This document shows, in pieces, positions 62,042-64,000 of a stretch of DNA of 64,000 nt. The position numbers were made by a program, and so were the translations under genes. Location of the stretch: contig NC_073392.1 in the NCBI RefSeq assembly GCF_028641065.1, positions 10,912,001 through 10,976,000 of the forward strand. Direction: 5' to 3'. Numbering within the stretch: position 1 is the stretch's first letter; each line of letters starts with the position of its first letter. The notes below the pieces were generated by a model. That model was given only the letters and a program-made list of their open reading frames with translations, did no database searches and was not told the DNA's origin. Source of the stretch: Leucoraja erinacea (taxonomy: Eukaryota).

Positions 62042-63309
62042 CTGCCCATCTTCAGTGTGAACAGTAGTCTGGCTATTGGATGCAGTTTTAACACAATTGG
62101 CTCTTTAACTAACATGTCAAGTCAACATTAGTAAAAGTCAGAGACACACGGAATTGCAGATGTTAGAATCTTGAGTATAACATAAAGTACTGGAGTAACT
62201 CAGCGGGTTAGGTAACATTTCTGGAAAAGCTATCGAGAGCGATGTTTTGGATTGGGACCATTCTTAAGACTGATTGGTGCATTAGGCAGTATGTTGGAAG
62301 AATGTAGGAGGCAGGACACAGTCAGGTAAATGATTGGTGGTTACAGGTGGGGTGGACAGTTTTCATTAGTAGGTGGGTGGACAAAGACCAGCTAAGCCAA
62401 AAGGCTATAAGATAAGGAGAGAAGCACAAAATATGAAGCAAGAGGAAGGGTTTTTTAAGCCACATTTCAATCTATCTCACAACCTTTTGTCTTCTTCCCA
62501 TCTCTGTCTGGCTGTTGTCCATCCATCTGCCAATATGCCAACACTTTTTTTTGTAAATCAGCATCTGCAATTCCTTGTGGCTAAAAGAGAAATTGATTTT
62601 ATCTGTGAGTGAGCAGCAACATTTTCTAGCCAATGTAGTTGAAAATCTCTTAGATGATGGATTTGGGGTGTTGTACTGTGTTGACATTATTTTGGCATGT
62701 TTGGTGCTGGAATAACAGCTTTAACAAACACAGAATTCTTGTCTAAAATTGAGCTGATGTTGTTTGTGATTGGTGAGAAGACACTCACCAACATGTGCAA
62801 GATTGATTCACTCCACATGAATGCCATTTGATCCAAGGCATGCTGTTAAGTTGGCATTGTGCAAATTAATTGTGAGCCCATAGTGATTCCCAAGCCCTTT
62901 AATCGGTTGGAATTGCCCAGATGTCAGGTGTAATTGATGAAAATGCTGTTGATGGCATCCAATGGATAACAGCTTGGGAGGAGTGGTGAATAGCTATTCC
63001 CTTGAAAACAGCAACAGATCAAGCAGTGGTGAATGGAAAACCAGCAGATGTACTTGCAAGATTTCATCCAAGCAAAAGCTAACTAAAATTCCACAGTTTA
63101 TGGGCAATAAGAGCCGAGTGAAATCTAATGTTTAAAAAAGCAAAATGACTGTTCTCTATAAATAACGATTGTATGCATCAGATTATATATGAATATATAT
63201 ATATATATAAGCAGAGAGGGAGGGTGCGATATCTTAATATCTATTTAAGGTTGTATTTGAATTATGTCTAAGATTATGACAATTAGGTATTTATACCTAA
63301 CAGCAAATT

Positions 63310-63545
63310 GTACAGCAGTAGAGTTGCAGCCTTACAGCGCCAGAGACCCGGGTTCGATCCTGACAATGGGTGCTGGCTGTATGGAGTTTGTACGTTCTCC
63401 CTGTGACCACGTGGGATTTCCTGGGTGCTAGGGTTAATTCGCTTCTGTAACCTGTCCCTAGTGTGTAGGCTAGAACAGGTGATCGCTGGTTGGCGTGGAC
63501 TCGGTGTGCTGAAGGGCCTGTTTCAACGCTGTATCTCTAAATTAA
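63310..63545 (+). mobile_element. V-SINE (HE1-like)
   Basis: B box GGTTCGATCC (63351-63360); V-domain ggagtttgtacgttctccctgtgaccacgtggg; CR1-like tail gaagggcctgtttcaacgctgtatctctaa. Confidence 0.82.
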
Positions 63546-64000
63546 AACCAAGCTAAACATTTTCTTTGAGGGTTTTTCATTTATGGCGAAAACATCTATA
63601 AACCCTGTCAACTGAGGCAAAAAAAGATATCAATAATATCTGGAACGTAGATTAAAACACTCACTGAATGAGAGCTTTCTGCTATTAACTTTGGGAGGTT
63701 TGTACGGTACCAGAGATTTTTATGATATAATTAGATTAGATAGTGGGCCAGAACAACCCTGCCCACAAACATGGTGACAGCTGGTAACAGCACACCTCCA
63801 GTATTGCTACTCTGGAAAAACTGTTACATTTTTATATTGCTCCTGGAAATAAACCAAACAAGAAATAAACAATTAAAATGATTAAAAGTGAAAGTAACAT
63901 CAATAATTAATATGTGAAACAAACACAAATGATTGGAACATGTAACTTGCCTTTTTCTTCCCTTTCTTAATTGTAGATTTAAAACCTGCGTTCAAATGAA

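Noticed and set aside
59075-63060. Scattered unique-looking blocks (59075-59500, 60720-60880, 61075-61400, 62620-63060)
   Set aside because: They look like very old LINE remnants, but I cannot assign family or boundaries with confidence.
44400-64000. PROK2 exons expected from human synteny
   Set aside because: No AVITGAC or HHTCPCLP-type sequence found by eye or in the ORF track; may lie beyond the window.

Overview
Repeat-rich, gene-poor vertebrate genomic DNA. The repeat mix (CR1, Rex1/Babar, L2, V-SINE/HE1-like SINEs, Penelope-derived short elements) suggests a cartilaginous fish such as a skate or ray (inference). The only host protein-coding gene I can support is an intronless SREB-family class A GPCR, best matching GPR27/SREB1 (40842-41957, +). 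It is followed by a near-identical ~1.57 kb tandem copy of its 3' half and 3'UTR, probably an assembly or haplotype artefact. About 15 kb upstream is a compact CpG promoter (NRF1, GC box, 2x CRE, CCAAT) that appears to fire on the minus strand into a ~7 kb gapped, aperiodic C/T tract, which probably hides a first exon. The most interesting structures are in the mobile DNA. (i) A deleted Gypsy LTR element has an internal inversion whose junction completes an 18-nt tRNA-Trp primer copy, a possible fossil of aberrant plus-strand transfer. (ii) Over a dozen Penelope-derived short elements carry a minimal type-I hammerhead-ribozyme-like core, often as inverted pairs. (iii) CR1 insertions show short TSDs and stuttered 5' junctions. 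I found no convincing wholly new gene system. All family assignments are from motif recognition by eye, not database searches.
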